Shown one piece after another: positions 13,151 to 25,242 of a stretch of DNA of 64,000 bases (position 1 is its first letter; every line of letters begins with the position of its first letter). The position numbers were made by a program, and so were the translations under genes. The notes under the pieces were generated by a model. The model was not told the DNA's origin, did no database searches, and was given only the letters and a program-made list of their open reading frames with translations. The stretch spans positions 3,797,061-3,861,060 of the forward strand of contig MU058423.1 of assembly GCA_013265495.1 (NCBI GenBank). Direction: 5' to 3'. This DNA is from Vicugna vicugna (Eukaryota).

Positions 13151-16100
13151 TCGCCTAGAAAGCATTTAAGCTGTTTAGACCTTGTTCAGAATGTCAGCAT
13201 TCTGATAGAGACCTACATGAAAGAATCCTACAATTTCAGAAACATTTAGGGAGTTCAGTGTCATCTTCCTGCCCATGGGGTTTTATTTCCATGGAGAGTT
13301 TACCCAAATATTATTAGGCAGAGGTCACATCTCCAGGATATTCTGATCTAGAGGTTTCACTAGTTTTGTTTTGTTTTCCTTGCATGGTATTATATTTAAG
13401 TTTTTCTTAGATTTTGGTTTTAAGGAGTATGTTACTTAAAATTTCAAAAGCCATAATTTTGGGGACTAGATTAGAAGAGAATAAAATATATCACTTTAAG
13501 AGAGATCCTGTATTTCAGTGGTGTCATGTGTCAGTCTCAAAATAATGATCATGTTTTAGTCTTATCCCCTTAGTAGTAAAGAAATGGGAAGGAAACAAGA
13601 GGATTTTCTTATAATTGGGTAGATTTCCCCCCTTTAATTTAAGTTTTATTATTGTTATATCTTTAGTGTTAAGAGTGAGTTACTACATTGACAAGAATTC
13701 CCCAGCTTCAAAAATCATACAATTTTGTAAGGATTTTTTTTCATTATAGGGTCAGTGTGCTTGTAGGTTTTTCCAGACAACCCTTTTTCTACCTGTGTTG
13801 TTATTATTATACACTGTTAAATATATAAAACTTGTTCCTGATTTGGGTCTTGTCAGTGATATAATGTAATAGTTCTATCCTTTTCTTTTCCGTGAAAAAA
13901 TTCCCATATAATCTATACAACCTTATTTCACATTCTTTCTCTGGTACCAGCTGATCTAAAAAAGCATTCACCCCTCCTTTAGGAAGTCCAGCAAAGTCTT
14001 TGGTAAAGTTGACCATTCATTTTCTGTGACAAGAATCAGACACAGTCAGTCAGCAGTTTCCCCCTTTCATCTTGCATTCATTCTGAATATTCCATGAAAA
14101 AAGCTTTGAGTCTTGTTGCTGAGGAAAAAAACTCCAAAAAAACCAATGCCTCAATTTGCCAAAAAGGTGAAACAAAAACAAAACCCACAAATGTTCACAA
14201 GAAAGTTTACTGCAATGAAATAGCTGTTGAAAAAGTACTGGAATACAATCTCTTCTACACTTAATATCTTCTGCTGTTCCTAAACTTGCACTGTTTATTG
14301 TGCTGGAAATTATGTTACTAACTTTAAAAAAAAATTCAACAAAATTCAAAATCCATACTTAAATTAGGGTTTCTAATAAGAACAGTGAAACAATAGGAGT
14401 GATAACTAACTTACATGCTAAAGGGGATGGGCTTTTTGGGGGAGGGGCTAAAAAGAACAAAAGTAACATATTAGCAATTTAGTAATAACAAGGCAAGCTT
14501 TACCTTCGTAGATAGCATCTCTTCAGTTCGTGTATTCATATCTGTGAAAGTTTCTTAACTTCTAACATTTGATCCAAATGAACATAGAGTAATTAAAATC
14601 TGAAGGCAGGCAGAATATCAGCAATGATGTCAGCTAATTAATCAAAAAACCTCATTTATTTTATCTCCTTTGTACAGTTCTTGAGAGGATTAAAACAGAT
14701 AATGTAGTCTAAAGTCTTCAGCGTCGTGCTTAACATATGCGTTGTGCTGGAACAATGTTGGTCGATAAGACATATGTTTAAACATAACTTAATGGACAGT
14801 GGCAGCTCTTTTCATACACTTTGTTCCTCTTTCCTTAGATGAAACCTCTCTGTCACTACACTTTGTATTGCACAATTCGCATCAGTTTGAGGTCAAAGTT
14901 GTATGTCTAATCTCTCTGAGGAACCCAATAAGAGAGCAATGAAAACGGATAAAACAAAATACATAAAACATTAACTGCTGTTACTCGGTAATAATCAGTA
15001 GCCATGTTATAATTTGTGACCCATTTAGAGCTGTATTATAGAGGCTGAACATTATGCAATTGCTAATAGTTGACAAAAACTGCAGTTTTGTGTGTTTTAA
15101 CGTAGTATTTTGGCTCTAGATGGCCTGTGAAGAAAAGACGATTGTTTTAAAATGAGAGCTGTCAGGGTAGTTGATGGAGTTCATGTTTTCTGCATAACAC
15201 TTTTTTTTTAGTAAAACCAGAACCAAGTGTATATATGTTGTAGGGCGTATGGTTGTCCTTTAATTAAAGGGGAACTTGGAAACAGAGACAGTACTGCTTC
15301 TCTTTCTGTAATAGAAAAAAAACTCTTGGAATTAGTCAGGCATCCTGGGTTGTGCGTAATAAAGAGTTCTCCAGTTCTGTCTCTTATGATTGCTTGGCCT
15401 CTCATTTGTTAAATTATTTCTTGGCTAGTCAACAAAAATTTCGTGTTGACTCTTTATTTGGAAATCCAGCTTGTCATGAACTGGGCTTGCTTTTGGTCGC
15501 TGTATGTGTTAATTGACATAAGATCTGTGCTCATCTCCCTGATTCTTGTTGAAATTGTATGTCTGTGTTGATAAATGAGTAGGCATTAGAAATTACTGTT
15601 TAATATTATATCTGCCATACAGAAGTTTCATTTCTTCAAGAAATAATGACCTGTGGTGTCAAAGATAAATTTACTTTTTTTTCTAGGCTTTTTTTTTTCC
15701 TGGAAAAGAAAATATATTCTAAGATAGGAATTGAGAATCAGAACTTAAAGCGTTTTTGCTGTTTCCCGTGTTCACCTGTGGTAACACCCAGGGTAGTCCG
15801 TATCTGGCATCCTTTTTTATTAAAAGGCACATGTCATTTTTCAGGTATCGAGATATTACTCTGCCATAAAAAGGTGGTGTTAAAACAAACAAAACCTGAA
15901 AAAAATAATGTTACAGGTCTTTGAAATCTTATGCAGGTATTTCAAAATCATATGCGAATGAATTGTAACTTTCTGCTCCATGTAATTGTGTCAGAGTCTT
16001 TAAGCAAATCTATTAAGAGCATATCTAGTGACCATTTCTTATTCTTTGAAGATAAACCTCAAAATGGCTGCAGGGGAAGGTAACAACATAAGTTTACAGA

Positions 16101-16710
16101 TGTTCCCTGTACTTAATTCTGTTTCCTTTGATCATGTGGAGAATTTGAATGTGATAGTTGTTCCCTATTAAGCGCATTAAAAATCAGCTAGATGAATCTT
16201 ATTCAGATTATTGAATTTTTCAGTTGGTAGTCTTGTCCCTTTACCATGTATTTTTTAAGAAAGATGATTCTGAGGCTGTTGGTTTATTACCAAAACATGG
16301 GGAAGAATTTGTGTTCATTCTTGTGGCTGATTACAGGGCTTTATGTCTTTAAAATGTACATTAAGTTTTGAAAAATGGCTTGCATTTTTGCTTTACTATT
16401 TAGAAATTGCTTGAATCATTAGATTTTTACAGTGAAAAATAAAAGTCTCTTGTTTTATTAGGCTTCAGCCAACTTTTGAGATACAAGTTAGTTAATAAGA
16501 ATAAAACTCAAGAACGAGTGTGTGTCCTGTCTATTAGTCTATAGGCGTCATAGGCAATCTAAATTAACTATTAAAATAGTAATTTTGATTTTTAGAGTAC
16601 CAGTCCTGGGAGGAAGTGCCACTTAAAGTTTCATTCATTTTTTGATTGGCAGATTACTATGTTGGATAGAAATTTCAGTTACCTACTTGTAAAACTGTTA
16701 TATTACTTTC

Positions 16711-16925
16711 TCTTTTTTATTGAAGTATAGTCAGTTACAGTGTGTCAATTTCTGGTGTGCAGCATGATGTCCCAGGCATGTATGTACCTACATATTTCAT
16801 ATTCTTTTTCATTAGAGGTTATTACAAGATAGTGAACATAGTCCCCTGTGCTATACAGAAGAAAACACATTTTTGAAATCTAGTTTTATATATAGTGGTT
16901 AACATTTGCAAATCTCAAACTCCCA
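16711..16925 (-). mobile_element. 5'-truncated young LINE-1 3' UTR
   Basis: ttttttattgaagtatagtcagttacagtgtgtcaatttctggtgtgcagcat...tggttaacatttgcaaatctcaaactccca; same subfamily as 28317-28662 and 62048-62797. Confidence 0.9.
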
Positions 16926-16991
16926 GGAATTGTTTATTGTTGAAGCCGTTTGTTAGAAGATTAAAGCTGACGGTCTTCACTCACGTGGGGA

Positions 16992-17120
16992 TAGGGTGAT
17001 CGTGTATCTCTGTTTGCCCAGGATGAACTTGGTTTATGCTGTTGACCAGGCATAATTATTAATAGGGCCCTTTCACTCTTAGCAGTGGGTTAGCTGGATG
17101 AAAATAGGCAGTTACCTCTA
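16992..17120 (-). mobile_element. MER94-like hAT-Blackjack DNA transposon
   Basis: Ends tagggtgat ... gttacctcta; interior gtttgcccagga...cataattattaatagggccctttcactct resembles the MER94 reverse complement. Confidence 0.75.
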
Positions 17121-17489
17121 TCTTCACAGCCTCGTCTGAGTACAGGAGTAGCTGTTAGACACATGGAGATGTAACTCATGAATAAGTTACTGTTGCATCT
17201 GTGGAATGTTTTTTAGTGGCTTTTTATGAGGGAGTTGAAAGCTTGTGTTTCTTCTCTTACTTTAATCACATCGTAGAGTTAGCCCTAATACAGGATTATA
17301 TTTAGGGATAAGAATGTTGTGTAGCTTTTATTGCTCCTGATTATCTTTTAGTCAGTTTTTAATTGTTTCTCTGGCTGTTCTCTTGAGTGATTTTTTGGGG
17401 GTGTCTGTATCTTATTTGACATAAAGAACAACTGTGGTTCTTGAAAAAAAAATGGCATGTTGAAAGAACTAGCCATAATATAGATGATA

Positions 17490-17615
17490 TTTTTCTTTTC
17501 CCTTTCATTCCTTCTTTCTTTTCTTCCCTCAATCTATTCCTTCTTTTTCTTTTCTTCTTCCCTCCCTCCTCCCCTCCCTCCCTCCTGTCTTTCCTTCCTG
17601 CTTCTCTCTTTTTTA
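17490..17615. repeat. Polypyrimidine/polypurine low-complexity tract
   Basis: About 125 nt almost exclusively C/T on + strand (ttcc/cctc/tttc units). Confidence 0.85.
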
Positions 17616-17874
17616 GTCCTGCATGTGGGATGGTAGAGACTTAAGTGTAATAACAAGAATTCAAAATATTGATAGATTTTCCTGTTTAAAATAGTAAAAT
17701 TTAGGAACCTCAAAAGTACCCCCAAATAATAGGCTCTGACAAAATGTGATACTTATGGCAAATATAGTGTTGAAAGTTTTATTCCCTATAAAGAGTAATT
17801 ATAGATGACAGTAGAAAACACATTTCTCCTCCCATGTCCCAGCATAGATTATTGAATTTAACACTCCTAGCTAC

Positions 17875-18000
17875 TCTGTTATCTCAGTTTTACAATTGAT
17901 GATTGGGTAACTGGCCATGGCCACATGACTAGTAAGTGGTACAGCAAGGGCTTGAACATAAGTGGTCAGATTCCAGAGCACAAGCTCTTAACCACTGCTT
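17875..18000 (-). mobile_element. MIR SINE
   Basis: ggccacatgactagtaagtggtacagcaagggcttgaac...gattccagagcacaagctcttaaccact. Confidence 0.8.
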
Positions 18001-18119
18001 TCTTTTTCATATAAATGAAAAAGTCAAAAGAAGAATGCTCCAAGGGCACAGCCAGTTCTCACCCACATAGAACTAGACCCATGTGCATACACGTCTGTAC
18101 ATTTATTCATACAAATGAC

Positions 18120-18330
18120 TGATAAAAATGCTTGAAGTTATGGGAAATGATGGGAAAAATAAGTACATATTTCAAAAACAAATCACAAGGTTTCATTTTT
18201 TTGTCCATGAGATTACCATATCTTTAGTTCTCAGTGAAAATACTGAGCATTGATAAAGGCGGAGTGAAATGTTGGAATCCAGTATTCTTTTCATAACATT
18301 TGTGTGGTAGTATGTATTCTTTTTGAAAAA
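18120..18330 (+). mobile_element. Old L1ME ORF2-end fragment (continues after about 19750)
   Basis: Degenerate ORF2 3' pattern aaaacaaatcacaaggtttcattttttgtccatgagatta...aatactgagcattgataaaggcggagtgaaat. Confidence 0.55.
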
Positions 18331-18339
18331 AACTGAGGC

Positions 18340-19690
18340 AAATAAAATTGCATTTAAAGTGTACAACATAATGATTTTATGTATGCGTACACCACAGAAG
18401 GGTTCCCACCATCAAGTTAATATATCTTCTCCCCACATGCTTACTTTTTTTTTTGTTGCGAGAACTCAAGTTCTACTCTCAGCAAATTTCATTTATAAAA
18501 CACTGTATTACCAACTACTGGCACCATGTTATGCATTAGATCCTCAGACCTAATTTAATTCATCTAACAGTTGAGCTTGTACCCTTTTACCAGCTTCTCC
18601 CATGTTCCCCCACCAGCCCAGAATGTGAGTTCCACTGCCTTGTCTTCAGGTTCACTGATCCTTTCTGCTACTTTGTCTAGTCTGCTGTCGAACCCTCCTG
18701 TTGTATTTTTCAGCTCTGTTATTGTATTCTTTGGCTCTGTGATTTCTGTTTGGTACTTTTAAATATTTTCTGTCCCTCCATTGAAGTCTCACTGTGTTCA
18801 TGCATTGCCCTCCTTACCTCTGTGAGCATCTTTATGACTCTTATTTTGAAATCTTATATCAGGTAAATTACTTAGCTCTTTTATTAAGATCCATTTCTTT
18901 ATCTTGTTCTTTTGTTTAGAGCATAGTCCCTTGTGAATGCAAGCCCTGTTGGCTGTCACAGCCAGGTGATTTGGGGGCCTATGTCTTGGGTGGCAACTGT
19001 AAAAGTTGGGGTGTTAGATGTGTGGGCAAGCTCCTTCCAGGGAGGCAGTGGTGACTTGGTTTTAGTGTTGGAGTGAGCTGGAGGGAGAACGTGGGGGAGG
19101 GGTCTACCATCATTTTTGGGCTCTGGCAAGGATGGCACCAAGAAGCATGCTGATAAGGAGCCGGGTCCTGATGCAGCAGCTTGTAAAGTATGCAGTTAGA
19201 CTCCTCCTAGGAAAAGACGGGGAGATGGGCATTTTGCCTGCTGCCTCTGTGCTGAGTCTTGGGAGGGCGGCTGTGGCAAGTGCTGGTGCGCTGGTTGACA
19301 ACTGCTATTATGTTTACTATAGTTCTGTGGGACTCATGAATACAAGTTTTGTTGGCTTTCAGAGCTAGTTGATTTGGGGAACATTCCTTAAAAATTGGGG
19401 TGCTAGATGTGAGGTCCAAACCCTTCACTCCTTAAGGATGATGGAGTGGGGGTTTCCTTTTGATCATATGGTGTTATGTTGAGGTGGGGTTTAAAGTGAG
19501 AGTGAGTCTCAGCCTTTCCTACCTGCTTCTGTTTGAGTGTTTTCTTAGTCACCCATTGTATAGGAATCACTCAACTCTTTTATAGATTTCTCCCAGAGGG
19601 AGTTAGTTGCCTCATGTATAGCTGTATATTTTGTGTGTCTGTGGGAGGAGGGAAATTCAAGAGATTTATGTTGCCATCTTATCCTGGAGT
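18340..19690 (-). mobile_element. L1MA9/L1M3-like LINE-1: 3' UTR (about 18340-18620) fused directly to ORF1 start and 5' UTR (about 18620-19690)
   Basis: 3' UTR motif ttctactctcagcaaatttca...catgttatgcattagatcctcagacct; ORF1-like tcttcaggttcactgatcctttctgct...agtctgctgtcgaaccc; 5' end gtagctgtatattttgtgtgtctgtgggaggagggaaattcaagag...gccatctt. Confidence 0.75.
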
Positions 19691-19879
19691 CAAAAGAGTC
19701 AAAATGTTCTTTCTTTTCTTTTTTTTTTCCTATCACTTATGGAATGGTTTTTGGTACATTTTTGGTCAGGATTTCTCGTGGTATATATATAAAACCTTAG
19801 AATTGTCTTTGACCTAATGGCTATACTGTTTTTAAAGTCCCACATACTTAGACACTAATGGATAGATGTGATGTTAATT

Positions 19880-20230
19880 TAATAATTTGTTATAAAAAAT
19901 GGAAGCAACTCAAATAGCCATTCCATTCAGGAGAGTTTGCTAAACGAGTTTTTGAAAGTATGTACAATGGAGTTCTTTGTAGCCATTTACTATTTTGGTA
20001 GAATAATAGAATAATACTTTAAAAAGTTACAATAAATTAAAGAAAATTAGGTTACAAAGCAGCATGTAGACTGTGATCCCAGTATTACTGAGATAATATG
20101 TATTTACCTGGAAGGAAGTTTACCAAAATGTTAACTGTATTTATTTCTAAATGGTTAGATTATGCAAGATTTTTTTCTATATTTTATAATTTCTATGCAA
20201 TAAATATATCTTACTTTTTTTAATAGGAAA
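19880..20230 (+). mobile_element. L1ME 3' end
   Basis: aaaatggaagcaactcaaat...ggttacaaagcagcatgtag...ctggaaggaagtttaccaaaatgttaactgt. Confidence 0.75.
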
Positions 20231-21109
20231 GAAATTTTATTCCAAAAACAGATTTTGAAAAGTCTTTTAGAAAAATAACTGTGAATGCAAGTTTTTTTTT
20301 TTTTTGGAAGATTGTGTATTCTTAGAAAGGACTAAAAATCAAAAAGAAGTAAAAAAGAGGAATTTCATTATCCTCGTAGGGGAAAAACACTTCCTATACT
20401 CCTATCAAATATTTGTATTAGACATGTAGGTGCAATCTCAGTTTCATTTTATCAAACAGTTCAGACCTCTGGTTGTCAATCCTTGGTTTTAGTTGCTCAG
20501 CACCAGAATCCCTGGTTGGAGGTATGATAATTCATTTGTGCCTCTCAGGCATGGCTTTTCTAGCAATCAGCTCTACCTCACTGAGAGTTATGGATTTAAA
20601 AAAATTCATTGTAGTGTAATTGAATATCATATTTCTATTTTATTGTGTCTAGTAAAACCTGAAGCTTTTGAAAAAAACTTTTTAGAAAACCAGCAAATGA
20701 GTAAAATGGAAATAATTTATCCACACTTCTCAAAATATTGCATGAAAATACTGTATTGATTTGATTACACATTTTGTGAGTGGGTAGATTCGTGTACTTG
20801 TTGAAAGACATTTAGCTGATGTCACCTAATGGGGACATTAGATACATTAAAAAACAAAACAAAACACTCATCTATTATCTGTTTAGTTCCAGCAACATCC
20901 TGATTTTAGAGGCATTGTTTTTTAGAGCTTGTTCCCTTTGGGGACTGCATCCTGTAGGGGTGCTTCTGTTTCCCGTCGACTTCCTGTTTATTTAAAGAAT
21001 CCGTCACAAGATCAAGTATAGGGTGTATTGTGACCTTTTTCTCTCTTGCAAATAAGGATGGAAATAGTCTTCCCCTGAGCCTAAATCTGAAATGAAAAAA
21101 AAAAAAAAT

Positions 21110-21290
21110 GGGAACACGTATAGATAGCTCAGTGGTAGAGGGCATGCTTAGCATGCACGAGGTCCTGGGTTCAATCCCTAGTACCTCCACCAAAAAAATA
21201 AAACAAAAATAAACAATTTAAAAAATACATAAATAAACCTAATTTACTACCCCCCCAAAAAACAAAAAAAATCAAACAAAAAAACGAAAC
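21110..21290 (+). mobile_element. tRNA-Ala-derived camelid SINE (vic-1 type)
   Basis: Pol III A box tagctcagtgg and B box ggttcaatccc in atagctcagtggtagagggcatgcttagcatgcacgaggtcctgggttcaatccctagtacctcca; A-rich tail with aaataaacctaatt motif. Confidence 0.9.
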
Positions 21291-21864
21291 TTTCCTTTGT
21301 AATTGGTGAAAACATTTAAAGTTAAAAGCAAAATAAAAATTCACTATTGCAACATAAAATTTGCTTTTTTTCCCTTTAGTGTTTTTCTAGTTTTTCTAGT
21401 TAAGGGGTAACTGTTATAATTGAATTAAGAGTGAATAGATATGGGAGTGACCATTTTAGAAAACATCTATTCAGGGCCACATGATACCAATGATTAAAAA
21501 TTCGTGGAAGCCAAAAGTCAGCCTCCCCCCTTCACCCCCTCTCCCCAGTCTCCCTCTGACATGGGGAATGAAGGTCTGCTCAGTTTCTGTGTGGCAGCTG
21601 CTCCTCTGTACTTCATCCAGATTTACCTTGTTCTCAGCGGCACCTTGGCCCCTTTCTGCTTTTGCTGCTGGTCACCACCTAGAATTCTGGGGGAACTCCT
21701 CTCCAAGTTCTGTTGCTTTGTAGGGTGATGCCAAGGGCGTGTTTACCTTGATTATAGCCTGGCCTCCTACCCTGCAGCTATCCGAAAGGAAATAGATGTG
21801 TGATAGACTTTGTCAGATGTTTGTAGATAACAGGAAGGAATCCTAGTCAGGAATGAAATACGCA

Positions 21865-22070
21865 GTTGTATTATGTCAAGGGCTTCACATATATTATCTA
21901 GTCAAATTCTAATAACAGCTTTGTTAGGTAGATACTCTTATTGTCCCCACTCTATGTATGAGAAAACTGAGGCACACATTGTTAGGCAGCTTACTCAGGA
22001 TAGTAGGTGTTAGTGCCAGGATTCAAATCCAAGTAGTCTGATTCCAGAGCTGTCAGCTGTAATGCTGACT
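21865..22070 (-). mobile_element. MIR SINE
   Basis: ttattgtccccactctatgtatgagaaaactgaggcaca...gccaggattcaaatccaagtagtctgattccagagc. Confidence 0.85.
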
Positions 22071-22084
22071 GGAGAACATTATGG

Positions 22085-22870
22085 CCTGGGATGGGCGTAA
22101 TATGGAAAATTGACTGACTCATAGATTCCACCAGAAAATACAACAGCCCAACCTTGGGAAGTATAGAGTAGAGGTGGGCTTCAGGAACTGTTGGAACTGG
22201 GAATTCAAATATCATTATCTCCCTCAGTCTGCTGTGTATACTTTTTGCAGTATGCTGGCTCTAGCTCATTGTTGACTGGATTCCTCAGCATGGTAGAAAA
22301 CATGGTAGATGGCCACTGCAGTATTTTACAGCTTCTCCCATTGGAAGACTCTTTCTCAGCTGCAGTTATTAAAAAAAAAAAAGTGAGAAAAACTTCCAGA
22401 TAGACAGATAATGCCAGCTGCCTAAGTCTGTGCCCTCTCCCAGTATGTCCTCACAACAAGGGAAAAAATAAGAACATGAGGGTCAAGGATACTCAAATTT
22501 CAAATGAACTATAAATGAAAGAAAAAAGAACCCACCCCAAACTCATGAAGCTACCCCTCATATTCTTGCCTCTGACTTTTGCTGTGAATAAGAATGATTC
22601 AAAAGCAATGCAAGAGGGAAGGCTGGGCCTGAGGTTAATGTGAAACTGCTGCCTAAGAGAAAGTCTCCTCTGCGGGTAAAAGTCTGAAAACATTTCCAGT
22701 TTGACTCCCAAGGAAAGACACAATTGTATGTTGTACAAGAAACACACCCAAAACAAAATGATTCAGGAAGATTAAAAATCAGTGGGAAAGTCTCTAATTG
22801 GCCTAGCTCGGGTCAGCTGTCCACCCAGACCACTCACCTGTGGCCAGCAGTGTGGGGGACTTTGGTTCAG
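22085..22870 (-). mobile_element. Fragmented old MaLR LTR (MLT1K/L-like)
   Basis: gggaagtatagagtagaggtgggcttcaggaac... and ctctaattggcctagctcgggtcagctgtccaccc...tcacctgtggccag resemble reverse MLT1; the middle (about 22400-22760) is unassigned. Confidence 0.55.
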
Positions 22871-23281
22871 CCATCCCATCCCCCAGCTCCTTTCCTGGAA
22901 CAGTCACCTATGCCCAGGGTACTGGACTCATCTAGAACTTGGTAGAATCCTGTGGTTGCTTTATTACTGCATCTTAGAAAAGTCCCTGGCTCTTCTGGGG
23001 TGCCTAGTATTCCCTGATAGCATGAATCAACTTGGTAGCTTCTCTGGACTAAATGTTTATAACAGTGTCTGAAAGAAGGAAGGCTCTGTTTTCATAAGAA
23101 GAGGGAGCTATTGGGTAGAAAATACACATACTAAGAAAAAGAAACATTTCCTAGAAATTAGTTTTTAGTGCTGTCTCATTTTCTTATTCCTGTTTAAATT
23201 GATGTTTGTTTTAAGTGATTTTGTTGCACAGGTAACTTAAGTATAGTAAAGTTGATTAATAAGTAATGAAACTATCCAGAA

Positions 23282-23571
23282 CAGTGCTGTCCAACAGAAA
23301 TATGAGCCACAAACGAAAGCCATGGATATAATTAAAAATTTTTTTAGTCATCGTGTTAAAGAAGTAAAGAAGTGGGTAAGATTAATTTTAATAATTTATT
23401 TTATTTTATCTAATTCACCCAAAATACTGTTTCAACATGCAGTCATATAGAAAGTTTTGATGAGATATTTTACATTCTTTTTTTTCCTTATTCTATTTGC
23501 ATTTATACTTACAGCACATCTCAGTTCAGTCTAGCCTCATTTCAAGTCCTCAGTAATATCGAACAGTTCAG
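23282..23571 (+). mobile_element. MER33 hAT-Charlie DNA transposon
   Basis: cagtgctgtccaacagaaat...gagatattttacattc...acttacagcacatctcagttcagtctagcctcatttcaagt; flanks atccagaa / gtctagag resemble the Charlie NTCTAGAN target. Confidence 0.85.
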
Positions 23572-23899
23572 GTCTAGAGAAAGGGGTAGTCATCTAGACA
23601 TTTTAGTGTAATGAACAAAAATAACCCTTGCCACCTAAAATGTATTTATATATGTGACAATATATTTTTATACCTTTTGGACCAGATAGGAAATGCCCTA
23701 TTTAATGCTTTTATTTTGTACTTTAATATCTTAATGATACCTGTTTTAAATTGGAGCACAATTGTAGTTTGGTCTAGAGCCAAACATTATTGCTACATTT
23801 CTTTTAATTCTGAAATAAATTTATCACAATAGGGTGAGTGATCAGCAAAAAGGACCGCTGAAGGAGTCATGGAAAGCAAAAAAGGGATGGAGTGGAAAA

Positions 23900-24122
23900 G
23901 AGTTGTTCCCTCACTTCCTTTAGGTCTCTATTTAAATGTCCTGGTTAAAGACGCCTTCTCTGAACATCCGAAACAAAATAGCAACCTCTGCTGTTTCCCC
24001 CACCCCTCTGACAACCCCTATGCCCTGTACATTGCTTTAGTTTTCCCTTTAACTCCTGTTACATCTGACATACATGTATACTTTACAAATGGTTTGTCTT
24101 TCTCTACCAGCTCCTTCCCTTC

Positions 24123-24159
<37 letters not shown>

Positions 24160-24272
24160 ATGTTAGCTCTGTTAGGGCAAAAGCTTTGTTGTATTCACTG
24201 CTACATCACTATGTCTTAGAACAGTCCTTGGCACTGAGAAGGGGCCTGGTATTTCCTGATAGCATAAATGAA
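23900..24272 (+). mobile_element. L2 LINE 3' end
   Basis: ccctcacttcctttaggtctctatttaaatgtc...tattcactgctacatcac...tagaacagtccttggcac. Confidence 0.8.
24124..24157. repeat. (AC)17 microsatellite
   Basis: Perfect dinucleotide run inside the L2. Confidence 0.95.
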
Positions 24273-24299
24273 AGATACAAGACACGTGGCCTTCACTGC

Positions 24300-24750
24300 T
24301 GCTGTATACACAGATATTCCATCATCATAATCATCCTGTATGGTCTTCCTTTGGTACCCACACTCTTCCCCATCACACTGCCATCAGAGTCAGTCTAGCC
24401 TTCAGTGCCTAGTCAATGCCATTATGGTATCCTTGTCATCATTTTTCTGCCTCCAGCTTTCTCTTCTGAGCTATTTGACACATGACTGCCACATGAATAT
24501 TAAAAAGCATCTCTGAACATATTACTACTCCCTTGCTCACAATTCTCAGTTCCCTCCAATGGTTTATATTTCTTCCCTGTGGCTTTTAGGGATATCTGTC
24601 ATATGCTATACTTGTGTCCCGTGCTTTGCCAACTGTACAGTTTTTTTTTAATACAATCAGTGCTTTCTCCTCTTCTGTTTCTTTGTACATCTGTTCTCTC
24701 TTCCTTGATGGTCTTTTCTCATTCTGCCCTAACCCAGAATCCCGACTCAA
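24300..24750 (+). mobile_element. Degraded L2 fragment
   Basis: atattactactcccttgctcacaattctcagttccctcc and neighbouring pyrimidine-rich L2 pattern. Confidence 0.55.
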
Positions 24751-25242
24751 GTTTTGCTACTTGTTTCGCTTTCCTTGGGACACTTAAAGAATTTTCATGT
24801 AGGAGTGCTCTGCTGATGGATTATAGAAACCCTATGAAATCTGAATAGACAGTGAAGTGTCATCAAAGCAAGACATTTGGCATATATGCTAATGGCCAAG
24901 TACCGTGGAATGTAGCAGCATTTATGGTTAAGAGAGATGAGTATCTGTCAAAGTGTGGGGACTGTGGAGAAAAGGGGCGCAGTGGTATTCTTTGGTAGTC
25001 TGGTTCCTCTCTACCTTTTGTCTTTAAGTGCTGCCAATCAAAGTCCTTGTACAACTTTAAAATATACATAGTTTCATAGGAAGCAAAAAGTGACCCCAGT
25101 CCCTTCTCGTGTGCAGAGCAGCAGCTTTTCATAGATTGAATTGAAAACAGTCACGTACTTCCTTAACAGCAAAATATTTACAGCTTTCAATGGGACACTT
25201 TAGGAGGTTTCTCTCTGCTTCTATCACGCGGAGGACAGTGTG

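Noticed and set aside
12864..14016. Two protein-looking short ORFs (12864..13097 and 13807..14016, -)
   Set aside because: I recognise no family, splice context or processed-pseudogene hallmarks; consistent with chance in AT-rich DNA. BLASTp would settle it.
14840..14892. Strong acceptor ttgttcctctttccttag
   Set aside because: No convincing donor downstream; T-rich introns yield many such acceptors.
21118..21190. tRNA-Ala gene
   Set aside because: It has a tRNA-like head but an A-rich SINE tail, no intact acceptor stem, and a second diverged copy with TSD at 54841; it is a SINE.
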